From an uncultured Clostridia bacterium (GTDB lineage Bacteria; Bacillota; Clostridia; TANB77; CAG-508): a stretch of 64,000 nt of DNA. The notes beneath the pieces were generated by a model, which was not told where the DNA came from, did not search any database, and worked only from the letters and a program-made list of their open reading frames with translations. How positions within the stretch are numbered: the stretch's first letter is position 1; each line of letters begins with the position of its first letter. The DNA lies in assembly GCA_944386195.1 (NCBI GenBank), contig CALXAD010000005.1, forward strand, positions 2,446-66,445, given 5' to 3'. Below, one piece after another: positions 30,900 through 40,904 of this stretch. Both the position numbers and the translations under genes were made by a program.

Positions 30900-31030
30900 C
30901 TACCTTAAATGTAATAGGTAGTTTATTTAAAATTTGATTATATTTACATAATATGGTATAATAGTTTCATGTACTAAAATAGTACTTTTATAACAAATGA
31001 CAATATAATTATTAGTCACAAGGAGAAATA

Positions 31031-31603
31031 ATGACAAACAACATCAATGGAAATGGTGCGAGATACCATCTTGAGCTTTTGATGGCAAAGAATTTTGTTA
31101 AAAAACTTACTAAGCTACTAGAAACCAATTCCAGTATTAACATTTTTGTTTCTAGTGCTAGGAATATGCCAAAATTTCAAGTTATCACTGAAGGTAGTCA
31201 ACAATGGTATGAATGCTATTTACACTACATTCCAACTATGATTGATGAAATGACCTCTAATAAGCTTTCAAGAAATGACGCTATAAATATTCTTATTTCA
31301 ATTGAAGAAAAAATTCAACATGAAATTTATAACGTTCAAACTCAAATTCATAATGAATTTTTGGAAGCTTCAAACTATTTAAAAACTATCATTACCTATC
31401 TAAAGTCTTGTAGTAGGGCTGGTAAGGTGGATGATAAAATAGGTGATTTTATTGATAAAATGCCTAAATTCAATTACATAGGTGGAAACCGAGTTATAAC
31501 TTGCATCAATCAACTTTGCTCAAGAGAAATTGGAATTTCTGAAGCCATTATCCGAATCCAAGAAGTAGAAAGGTCGATTAATGCTGCTTTACGTACAGTA
31601 TAG
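31031..31603 (+). CDS. Hypothetical protein, two copies of an approx. 95-aa helical unit
   Basis: AAGGAG RBS, own promoter (30934-30962) and terminator (31636-31666); internal repeat MPKF...xxAIxxxxxxExxI. Confidence 0.7.
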   Translation: MTNNINGNGARYHLELLMAKNFVKKLTKLLETNSSINIFVSSARNMPKFQVITEGSQQWYECYLHYIPTMIDEMTSNKLSRNDAINILISIEEKIQHEIYNVQTQIHNEFLEASNYLKTIITYLKSCSRAGKVDDKIGDFIDKMPKFNYIGGNRVITCINQLCSREIGISEAIIRIQEVERSINAALRTV

Positions 31604-31786
31604 TACTAATACAGCTTAAACCTTTCTACCTACAAAAAGAGGTATACTTTTAAAGTATACCTCTTTCTGTATATATTCAGTAAAAATTGATATTTTTTAC
31701 AAAATATGGTATAATAAATGTTGTATGCTCCAAGTGAGCATTTTTGCAAATATTGACCATATAATTATTAGTCATAAGGAAATATC

Positions 31787-32125
31787 ATGGCAAACAAAAT
31801 CATTAATGAATTTAACAATATGGATACACAGATTCGTACTATTCATACACAGCTTTCAAATGCTAGAAACATTAATAGTACGATTCTTATTTCCTTAAAA
31901 GAGTGTGGCAAAGAAATTAATATGAATACGATGCGCAACTATTTTGTTTTTCTTTTGTCTTCAAAATCTATTCTTCTTCCTGATGAATGGAGAAATAAAG
32001 CTATTTCTTATATGAATAAGCTTGGAGAAAGAGAAATCCCTATTGAAAAAGCCATCGAATTCTTTACAAATTCTGAAAAGCAACTGCGTACTTCGCTTAA
32101 ACTTTTCAATGAAAACTATTTTTAA
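31787..32125 (+). CDS. Hypothetical protein, paralogue of 31031 and 32263
   Basis: Promoter TTGATA-17-TATAAT (31687-31715); leader nearly identical to that of 31031; C-terminal LGEREIPIEKAI...E motif. Confidence 0.65.
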   Translation: MANKIINEFNNMDTQIRTIHTQLSNARNINSTILISLKECGKEINMNTMRNYFVFLLSSKSILLPDEWRNKAISYMNKLGEREIPIEKAIEFFTNSEKQLRTSLKLFNENYF

Positions 32126-32262
32126 TGTTAATTTTTAGTCACATTAAGAAGTGGAAATTCAAAATTTTGAGTTTCCACTTTTTATATTTGATTTTTTTCA
32201 CATCATATTATATAATCAACTTGTATTACTCTAAATGAGTGTTTTACAAAAGGAGTTACATC

Positions 32263-32559
32263 ATGGTAAATTCAACTACTTTAAAATTTAATGGTTATTC
32301 TGATGAAATAAAAAAAGCACTAGAAATCACTCAGAATGCAATTTCTGCCTTAAAATTATGTAATGAAAACACAAACTTTAGAGAAGATATAGGTATATAT
32401 GCAAGAGAAATGCCTAATTTTCATCTTCTCTCAAGCCGTGAAATTACTAATTGCATAAGACGAGTTTGCACTGGTGAAATAGAGCCTAAAGATGCTATTA
32501 AAATTTTAAGCGGAATTGAATCTCATTTAACAATACTATCTAGAAGGTTTAACAATTAA
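32263..32559 (+). CDS. Hypothetical protein, paralogue of 31031
   Basis: AAGGAG RBS before ATG 32263; LKLC...IGxxxxxMPNF...CIxxxCxxEIxxxxAI aligns with the second half of 31031. Confidence 0.7.
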   Translation: MVNSTTLKFNGYSDEIKKALEITQNAISALKLCNENTNFREDIGIYAREMPNFHLLSSREITNCIRRVCTGEIEPKDAIKILSGIESHLTILSRRFNN

Positions 32560-32572
32560 AGCTTCTAGTGTA

Positions 32573-32606
32573 AAAGGATATGCTTATAAATTTAAGCATA
32601 TCCTTT
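32573..32606. terminator. Bidirectional terminator
   Basis: AAAGGATATGCTTA...TAAGCATATCCTTT. Confidence 0.75.
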
Positions 32607-32609
32607 TTA

Positions 32610-35600
32610 TTATTTATTATCTTTACTATTTTCTTTTATACCTACTGTATTTATAAACTCTTTTATCTCTTTAACAAGTTGCTCATCATTTTGATTTTTA
32701 AGTAATAAAGTAATATATGGTTCAACACCTGTTGAAAACTTAATTTTAGTTCCATATTTCTTTAATAAAATAGTTATAACACTTGGGTCAAACTTATCCT
32801 TATCAAAATAAAATACAACATTTTGTGAATATGTAGTCCTGTTTTTCTTCTCTGTAACTTTTACAATTCCAGTTTCTTTACACAATTGTTTAATTCTTGC
32901 TATCTCTAATAAATTATTTAACTCTTTTGGCATATTACCAAATCTATCAATAATTTCATCAATAACATCTTGAATATCTTTTTCTGTTCTACATAAAGCA
33001 ATTTTTTGATAAATATCTATTTTCTCACTACTATCTTCAATATAACTATCAGGAATATAACTTGTAATGTCTAAATCTATTTGAACATCAACCTCAGGTT
33101 TTACTTCAATTCCTTTCATTTCTTTTACAACTTGGTCTAATAAATCACAATAAGTATCATATCCTACTTGTTCTAAATGTCCAGACTGTATTTCTCCGAA
33201 GTAAACTTCCTGCTCCTCTTATTTCTAAGTCTCTCATAGCAATTTTAAATCCTGAACCAAACTCAGTAAATTCTTTTATTGCCTTTAATCTCTTATCAGC
33301 TACTTCTGATAACATCTTATCTCTTCTATATGTTATATAGGCATACGCCTGTCTGTCAGACCTTCCAACTCTACCACGTATCTGGTAAAGCTGAGCTAAT
33401 CCCATTCTATCAGCATTTTCAACTATGATTGTATTGGCATTTGGAATATCTATTCCAGATTCCAAAATAGTAGTACAAACCAAAACATTAGACTGCTTAT
33501 CAATAAAATCTTGCATTATTTCTTCTATTCTTGAACCAGTCATTTGACCATGTGCATATACAACATTTGCTTCAGGTACTAATTCTGATATTTCTTCTGC
33601 TTTTCTTTCAATACCTTCCACATTATTAAATAAATAAAATACCTGACCATCTCTTTCAAGTTCTTTTGTAATTGCTTCTCTTATAACTTCTTCATCATAT
33701 TCTAATACATATGTTTGAACAGGCTTTCTATTATATGGTGGTTCATATATAACTGACATATCACGTATTCCAACTACAGACATATGCATAGTTCTTGGTA
33801 TAGGAGTTGCTGTCATTGTTAAAACATCTATATTCATCTTCATTTGTTTTATTTTTTCTTTTGCTTTTACTCCAAATCTATGTTCCTCATCTACAATTAA
33901 CAATCCTAAATCTTTAAATTCTACATCTTTACTAAGCATCCTATGAGTTCCAATTAAAATATCAACTTCACCTAATTTTAACTTTTTAATTACTTCATTT
34001 TGATATTTCTTTGTTTTAAAACGATTCAATATCTCAATTCTTATAGGATATTTTTCCATTCTTTTTTTGAATTCTTGATATTGTTGTTCTGCAAGTACTG
34101 TTGTTGGTGCAAGATATGCAACTTGCTTTCCATCCATTGCTGCTTTAAAAGCTGCTCTCATTGCAACTTCTGTTTTACCATATCCAACATCACCGCAAAG
34201 TAATCTATCCATTGGTCTTGGAGACTCCATATCCTTTTTTATTTCTTCAATACATCTTAATTGGTCATCTGTTTCCTGATATGGGAAGCTATCTTCAAAC
34301 TCTTTTTGCCATGGAGTATCTTTACTAAAACTATATCCTTGAATTTTTTCTCTTTTTGCATATAATTCTATTAACTCTTTTGCAACCTCTCTTAAATTCT
34401 TTTTTACTTTAGCTTTAGTATTTTCCCATTCCTTGCTTCCTAGTTTATTAACTTTAGGTTTTATTTTATCTCCACCAACAAATTTTCTTATACTATCTAA
34501 ATCGCTTGTTGGAATATATAAAATAGCATCATCTCTATACTTTATTTTAATATAATCTTTAACAATTCCATCTGCTTTTATTGTATTTACTCCAATATAA
34601 ATACCTATTCCATATTTTCTATGAACTACATAATCTCCTATTTTTAAATCTGCAAATACAACCTTTTCTCCTTCTTTATATGCTGTATTTGTAACTCTTC
34701 TTCTTCTCTTTTCTCCACTTACTAGTTCATTTGCATCTATTACAATCTGACCTATATCATAATTTTCAAATCCAGAAGAAAGTTTACCAATTGATATTGT
34801 AACAATATTTTCCTTTGCTTTTACTATTATAGTTTGGTCTAATTTTTCTTCTATTTTGCAAGTAATTTGCTTTTCATCTAATAACTTTTTTAAATTATTT
34901 GCTTTTTCTTTATTTTCAATTAATATATAAATATTCTTTTTTTGTTTTAAATTATATTTTAAATCATTAAATAAATTTTCAATTTCACTTTTATAATAAT
35001 TTAAATCTTTATAATTTAACCTATATTTTTCCCCTTCTATCTTAGGCTCATTATCTTGTTTTTCCATATATACTAATTGTTTTTTATTAAGTATTTCCAA
35101 AACTTGTTCAAATTCTAATTCATTTGTAATTGCTTCTGGTACTTGTTTATCTTTTTCTATTAATCCTCTTTGTAAATTTTCTCTATCTTGTTTTATGTTT
35201 TCACTACGTTTTTCTATTTTTCCTATTTCATCAATAAAAATAACATAATTAGAACTTAAATAATCCAAGACCGTTTCTTGTTTTTCATAAAAACAATCAA
35301 AATATTTATCAATTTTACTTGTATAGTTTCCTTCTTTTATTTGTTCTATATCTTCTTCAATAATATTTTGATTTTTTGATTCTTTATATTTTTCTCTTAT
35401 TTTTTCACATATAAAGTCAACATCTTGTTCTAATATGTACTCATTTGAAGGATATATTATAGCTTCGTTTCTATTTTTTATTGACCTTTGAGTTTCTATA
35501 TTAAATTCTCTTATAGAATCTATTTCATCTCCCCAAAATTCAAGTCTTATTCCTGTTTTTTCATTTATAGAAATATCTACAATATCCCCTCTTACACTAA

Positions 35601-36114
35601 ATTGTCCTCTTCCTTCTATTAAGTCACATCTAACATATCCTAAATCTACTAAATTTCTTTTTATATCTTCTAAATTATATGAATTTCCTGTTTTAAATCT
35701 CAATTCATTTTGATATATAATATTTTTTTCTGGAAGTTTTTGCATTACTGCTTCTATTGTAGTTACTACTATTAATACTTTTTTAGATTTTATTTTATTT
35801 AATGTTTCTATCCTCTCATATAGATTTTCTTTACTTTCTGCAACATAATCATATGCTACAACTTCCTTTTTTGGGAATAATACTACATTATCAGTAAAAT
35901 ATTTTATATCTTCATATATTTTCTTTGCCTGTATTTCATTATATGTTAATATACAAATTGGCTTTTTGGTAAATTCATTTATTGTAACATCTAAACTCAC
36001 CATTCCAACGTCATTTAAGCCCGATATTGCTATCGGACTTCTTTCATTTTCTATTTTATTTACAATCTCTATAAATTTTTGGCTTTTACCAAGTTCTCCT
36101 AGTATCGTATTCAT
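32610..36114 (-). CDS. mfd: Transcription-repair coupling factor Mfd; +1 frameshift at 33196-33198
   Basis: GDVGYGKTEVA, DEEHRFG, TATPIPRT and QIRGRVGRS motifs. Joining the frames gives [32 protein letters not shown], then the TRCF domain, 1167 aa in total. Confidence 0.92.
33195..33201 (-). other. Putative +1 frameshift site CTT-CGG-A in mfd
   Basis: AGT TTA CTT CGG AGA (frame 0) versus CTT [C] GGA GAA ATA CAG TCT GGA CAT (+1 frame). Confidence 0.8.
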
Positions 36115-36129
36115 GCCATTCTCCAGTTT

Positions 36130-36585
36130 TTATGAATTTTCTTTTTGTTCTTTGCTTTCTTCTTTAGATACTTTAGTTTTTCCTTCTTTACCTAAATTAA
36201 GCATCTTTAACATTCCAGCACAAGAAATTATAAAACAAATACCTATAATAAAATTAACAATAGTTAAACTAACAATATATGCTGCTCCAATTATCATTCC
36301 AATTACGGGTCCTGCTGGTTTTTTCTTTAATGAAAGTGCCATATAAATTATTACTAATGCAATCATTATAACTGCAACAAATGCTGTTATTAATTTTTCT
36401 GCATATGTGAAATCATTTGGATTTATTCCTACTACATATACTAAAGAGATTGCATGTAATATTAAAAATATTGCTCCCCATATTACAACTAATGATTTAT
36501 ATTTCTTTTCATTCATTTGTATCTCTCCTTTCATTTGTATACTAAAGTTATACCAAATTATATAATATTTGTCAATTGTTGACAA
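36130..36585 (-). CDS. Hypothetical integral membrane protein (start probably ATG near 36516)
   Basis: About four hydrophobic segments; AAGGAG RBS before MNEKKYK. Confidence 0.7.
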   Translation of the reverse strand: MSTIDKYYIIWYNFSIQMKGEIQMNEKKYKSLVVIWGAIFLILHAISLVYVVGINPNDFTYAEKLITAFVAVIMIALVIIYMALSLKKKPAGPVIGMIIGAAYIVSLTIVNFIIGICFIISCAGMLKMLNLGKEGKTKVSKEESKEQKENS

Positions 36586-36631
36586 GATTTTTTATTATTT
36601 ATATAATAAAAAAAATTAATATCAAAAGGAT

Positions 36632-37225
36632 ATGATTTTTATGTTTATGAAAAAATTTATAAGCTTTTTATTTTGCAAATTTTTATTTAGAGTTCATTAT
36701 TATAATATTGAAAATTTAGAAATTTATGATAAATATTTAATTTGTCCTAATCATTCTAGTGTATTTGACCCTTTTTTTATATTTCCCAAAACAAAAAATT
36801 TATCAATTATGGCAAAATCAGAAATATTTAAAAATAAGCTAGTTTCAAAAATTTTAACACATTATAATGTATTTCCAGTTAATAGAAATAAGGTTGATGT
36901 TAAAAGTTTATTTCACTCTTTATCTATTTTTAAAGAAAATAAACCTTGTGAATTTTTAATATTTGTAGAAGGTGGTATTGTAAAAAATAAAGATGATATA
37001 GGAACTAAAGTACATAATGGTGCTGTTTTTGTTGCTTCTAAATTACATGTTCCAATTATTCCAGTATATATATCAAGAAGACCAAATTTTTTTTCAAAAG
37101 TAGATGTTATTTTTGGCACACCTTATTATTTAGACAAAAACACATTAAAAAATAAATCTTTAGTAAAAAAAGAATCTAAAAATCTTATAAATAAAATATA
37201 TAGTTTAAAAAAAGAAAGCAAATAA
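36632..37225 (+). CDS. plsC: 1-acyl-sn-glycerol-3-phosphate acyltransferase (PlsC family)
   Basis: NHSSVFD, MAKSEIF, IFVEG and VPIIPV motifs. Confidence 0.85.
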   Translation: MIFMFMKKFISFLFCKFLFRVHYYNIENLEIYDKYLICPNHSSVFDPFFIFPKTKNLSIMAKSEIFKNKLVSKILTHYNVFPVNRNKVDVKSLFHSLSIFKENKPCEFLIFVEGGIVKNKDDIGTKVHNGAVFVASKLHVPIIPVYISRRPNFFSKVDVIFGTPYYLDKNTLKNKSLVKKESKNLINKIYSLKKESK

Positions 37226-37244
37226 TTTTACTTTCTTTTTATTT

Positions 37245-39215
37245 TTACATTTTAATAACTAATTTATTAAATTTAGAATTTATATAATTTTTTAATTTAT
37301 CCATAAAAACTTCTGGTTTTATTTCTTTTTTTGCTACCATATCAAGCCCTTTTTCCCAACTGGCTGTTAATTTTGGATTTAACATATCTGGCATTGATTT
37401 AAACACAATATCATAAATTGCTTCTCCTTTAACAGTTGGTGTTATGATTTGAGTTTTTCCATTTATACTAATATATTTTATCTTCTCTAATTTTTTTATA
37501 ATTTCAGCTCTTGTTGCACTTGTTCCTATGCCCGCACCTTTTATTTGTTCTCTTAATTCTTCATCTTCAATTAATTTACCTGCATTTTCCATAGCTAAAA
37601 TTATAGAGCCTGAATTATATCTACTAGGTGGAGATGTTTCCGCTTCTTTTAATTCAAAATTTTGTACTTCTATTTTTTCTCCCTTTTTTAAAGTTTTTAA
37701 TACCTCTAAATTATTTCCTTTATCTTCACTTTCTTCTCCATCTTCATTATTTTCTTTTTTCTTATTTTTTTCAGGTTTTAATATTTCTAAAAATCCTTGT
37801 TTTACACAAACTTTCTCACTACAACTAAATGTCTCTAAAGTGTTATTTTCTTTATCTGGTATTTCTAATGTCACTTGGATTTTCTGGTATTCTGCTGGTG
37901 GATAAAATATAGCCAAAAATCTTTTTACTATGACATTATAAACATTTTTATGTAATTGTGGCAAGCCATTAAAGTTTTCATATCCTTGCCCTGTTGGGAT
38001 AATTGCGTAGTGGTCTGTTATTTTGCTATCATTTACATATTTAGTTTTTGCAAGATTTGTAGAATATTTTTCATCTATCATTTTCTTTATAAATCCTTGT
38101 ACTTCTTCGTCTTTATAACCTCTTGCTATACCATTTAAATTTTTAGTAATTTCTTTACTAACTGCTGTTGATAGTACTCTTGCATCTGTTCTTGGATATG
38201 TAACTAATTTTTTTTCATATAAATTTTGTATTACTTCCAAAGTTTCATCTGGCTTTATTTTAAATCTTTTAGTACATTCATTTTGTATCTCTGCTAAATT
38301 AAATAAAAGTGGTGCATTTTCTTTTTGTTTTGATTTTTTTAATTCTGTTATAGTTGCTTCTTTTCCACTTAAATATTTAACAAATTCCTTTGCTTCACTC
38401 TCCTTTTTAAATCCTGTTTCATTATATAATTTAGGTGATTCAAACATTTTTGATTTTTCGTTTACTTTCCATTCAGCTCTAAAATTTGACTCTTTCTTTC
38501 CAAAGAGACCTACAATTTTATAATATTTAGTCTTTTTAAAATTTCTTATTTCTCTTTCCCTTGAAACCACCATTCCAAGTACACAAGTCATAACTCTTCC
38601 TACTGAAATAGACGCTCTATCTTCATTTATTTTATTTGCTAGACTTCTTCCATAGATTATTGATAATAATCTTGAAAAATTAATTCCTATCAAATAATCT
38701 TCTTTTGCTCTTAAGTATGCACTATCTGATAAGCTATCATATTCTGATGAATCTTTTGCTTCCCTTATTCCTCTTAAAATTTCTTCTTCTGTTTGTGAAT
38801 CAATCCATACCCTTTTTATTTTAGCCTTTGGATTTGGCTTTGCCATCATAAAAACTAACCTTTGTATGTATTCTCCTTCTCTTCCAGAGTCTCCTGCATT
38901 GTATATCTCTTCTACATCCTCTCTTTGAAGCAAACTTTTTACAATATTAAATTGTTTTGCAACTTGTGGTATTATTTCATATTTCCATTTTTCTGGTATA
39001 AATGGCAATGTATCTAATCTCCAATACTTTAATTTTTCATCATATTTTTCCGGATAGCTCATTGTTACTAAATGTCCTACACACCATGTTATAATCCAAT
39101 CATTTGATTCTAAATATCCATCTTTTCTCTTAGTAGTTATTTTTAATGCTTTTGCAAATTCCATTGCAACTGATGGTTTTTCAGTAATTAACAATTTTTT
39201 GCCCAATTCTATCAT
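37245..39215 (-). CDS. topB: DNA topoisomerase III (type IA)
   Basis: ITEKPSVA, TWCVGHL, AGDSGREGE, VTYPRTD, DHYAIIPT and GIGTSATRA motifs. Confidence 0.9.
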   Translation of the reverse strand: MIELGKKLLITEKPSVAMEFAKALKITTKRKDGYLESNDWIITWCVGHLVTMSYPEKYDEKLKYWRLDTLPFIPEKWKYEIIPQVAKQFNIVKSLLQREDVEEIYNAGDSGREGEYIQRLVFMMAKPNPKAKIKRVWIDSQTEEEILRGIREAKDSSEYDSLSDSAYLRAKEDYLIGINFSRLLSIIYGRSLANKINEDRASISVGRVMTCVLGMVVSREREIRNFKKTKYYKIVGLFGKKESNFRAEWKVNEKSKMFESPKLYNETGFKKESEAKEFVKYLSGKEATITELKKSKQKENAPLLFNLAEIQNECTKRFKIKPDETLEVIQNLYEKKLVTYPRTDARVLSTAVSKEITKNLNGIARGYKDEEVQGFIKKMIDEKYSTNLAKTKYVNDSKITDHYAIIPTGQGYENFNGLPQLHKNVYNVIVKRFLAIFYPPAEYQKIQVTLEIPDKENNTLETFSCSEKVCVKQGFLEILKPEKNKKKENNEDGEESEDKGNNLEVLKTLKKGEKIEVQNFELKEAETSPPSRYNSGSIILAMENAGKLIEDEELREQIKGAGIGTSATRAEIIKKLEKIKYISINGKTQIITPTVKGEAIYDIVFKSMPDMLNPKLTASWEKGLDMVAKKEIKPEVFMDKLKNYINSKFNKLVIKM

Positions 39216-39964
39216 CCTTTTATATAATTATTTATAATTTTCTTGAATTTGTTTACCTTTTCTTTTGTAACTTTATCTTTAAAATTAAATCTATCTAAAA
39301 TTTTATTTATATAATCTTCTTTTTCTATTATTTGTAAAGATTCTTTAAAATTTATATCATATATATACGATATAAGCATAAGTAATCCATCTATCGTATC
39401 GTTCTTTATAGTACCTAATCTTTTTATTGGCTTTTGTTTTACAAATTCTTCTTCCATATATTTACTAAATTTTGTATTTTCTACATTTTCTTTTTCTTCT
39501 TTTTTATTCCAATAAATATATACTCCTTCATATAATATATCTAGTTTATCACTATCTCTTATAATCTTACAAAACATCATAGTTTTTTCATCTAAACCTT
39601 TTTCTATTTCTAACTTATTATGGTTTTTTATTGCTTTTAAAATTATTTTTATATATTTTTCATCACTTACATAATTTAAAATATAATCATTATTTTCTAA
39701 AATCTCTACTGCATGGTCTCCATGGTCAAATTTATTATCTTTTTTTCTACTATATTCATCAAATCTTCCTATATCATGTAATAATCCTATTAAAGTAGCA
39801 ATTTCTACATCTTCATCATCTAATTTAAGAAGTTCTGCAAGTCTTCTAGAATTCTCCATTACTCTTAAAGAATGACCAAATTTTCTTTTTATTCCATCAT
39901 TTTCTAAATTATATTTTTGCACATACTTTATAAACTCATTTTTACATTTTTCTATATCTATCAT
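39212..39964 (-). CDS. HD-domain phosphohydrolase
   Basis: HSLRV...GLLHDIGRF...DHG...HNK...IRDSDKLD. Confidence 0.85.
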   Translation of the reverse strand: MIDIEKCKNEFIKYVQKYNLENDGIKRKFGHSLRVMENSRRLAELLKLDDEDVEIATLIGLLHDIGRFDEYSRKKDNKFDHGDHAVEILENNDYILNYVSDEKYIKIILKAIKNHNKLEIEKGLDEKTMMFCKIIRDSDKLDILYEGVYIYWNKKEEKENVENTKFSKYMEEEFVKQKPIKRLGTIKNDTIDGLLMLISYIYDINFKESLQIIEKEDYINKILDRFNFKDKVTKEKVNKFKKIINNYIKG

Positions 39965-39977
39965 CCATTTTTCCTTC

Positions 39978-40775
39978 TTATTTTCCTAATCTTTCTTTTA
40001 TATATCTAATTGTTTCCTTATATATTTCATTAAACCATTTATTAGTTTGCTCATTTTTAAAATTAAATCTTTTATATATTTCATCAAAATAGCCTTTTTC
40101 ATATACATAATTTAAAGAGAAATCATAATTGAAATCAAACACATATGCAAAATTTGCAATTAATCTATCTGCATGTGTTTTCATATTTGAATATTTTATG
40201 GCTCTATCATTCATAAATTCATTATATATTTCTTCAGTAAACTTTTCTTCTTCTAAATTATCAGAATCCCAAACTGTTTTTTCATTTTCAAATGTTAATA
40301 TATAAAGAATATCTGTTTTATCACTATCTCTTATTAATTTCACAAATAAATCTTCATCTTCACTTAAGTTTTTTGGTAAATCTTTTTTATCTTTATTATG
40401 ATTAATTATAGCAAGTTCAATTATTTTATCATATTTATCATCTTCTATAAAATCTCTTATTTTTCCACTTTTAAATAAAACATCTACACCAATTTGTGCA
40501 TGATTTTCACTTAAATGGTCTACAAATGTATTATATTTTCTTACTTGCTCAAATCTTCCTATATCATGTAATAATCCTATTAGTTCTGCAAGTTCTACTT
40601 TTTCTTCTGATAAATTCATACTTTTAGCTATTTTTCTTGAAATTTCTGCCGTTCTTTCTATATGAGCAATCTTTAATTGTATTTTTTTGTTTGTTATATC
40701 ATAATTTTTTACATATTCTTTAAATGCTCTTTTTGCTTTAGTTATATCTACCATTTTTTTCACCTCTACTTGCAA
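39978..40775 (-). CDS. HD-domain phosphohydrolase (tandem paralogue)
   Basis: HIERT...GLLHDIGRFEQ...NHA...HNK...IRDSDKTD. Confidence 0.85.
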   Translation of the reverse strand: MQVEVKKMVDITKAKRAFKEYVKNYDITNKKIQLKIAHIERTAEISRKIAKSMNLSEEKVELAELIGLLHDIGRFEQVRKYNTFVDHLSENHAQIGVDVLFKSGKIRDFIEDDKYDKIIELAIINHNKDKKDLPKNLSEDEDLFVKLIRDSDKTDILYILTFENEKTVWDSDNLEEEKFTEEIYNEFMNDRAIKYSNMKTHADRLIANFAYVFDFNYDFSLNYVYEKGYFDEIYKRFNFKNEQTNKWFNEIYKETIRYIKERLGK

Positions 40776-40904
40776 ATTCTAACATTTTTTGTTTTTTTTG
40801 GCAAGCAAAATGATTTTTATTTAATTCCTTTTTGTTTTTCCTTGATTTACTAGTATTTTTGTTATATAATACAAGAAAAACTTAAGCAGAAAGGGGCTTT
40901 TTTT

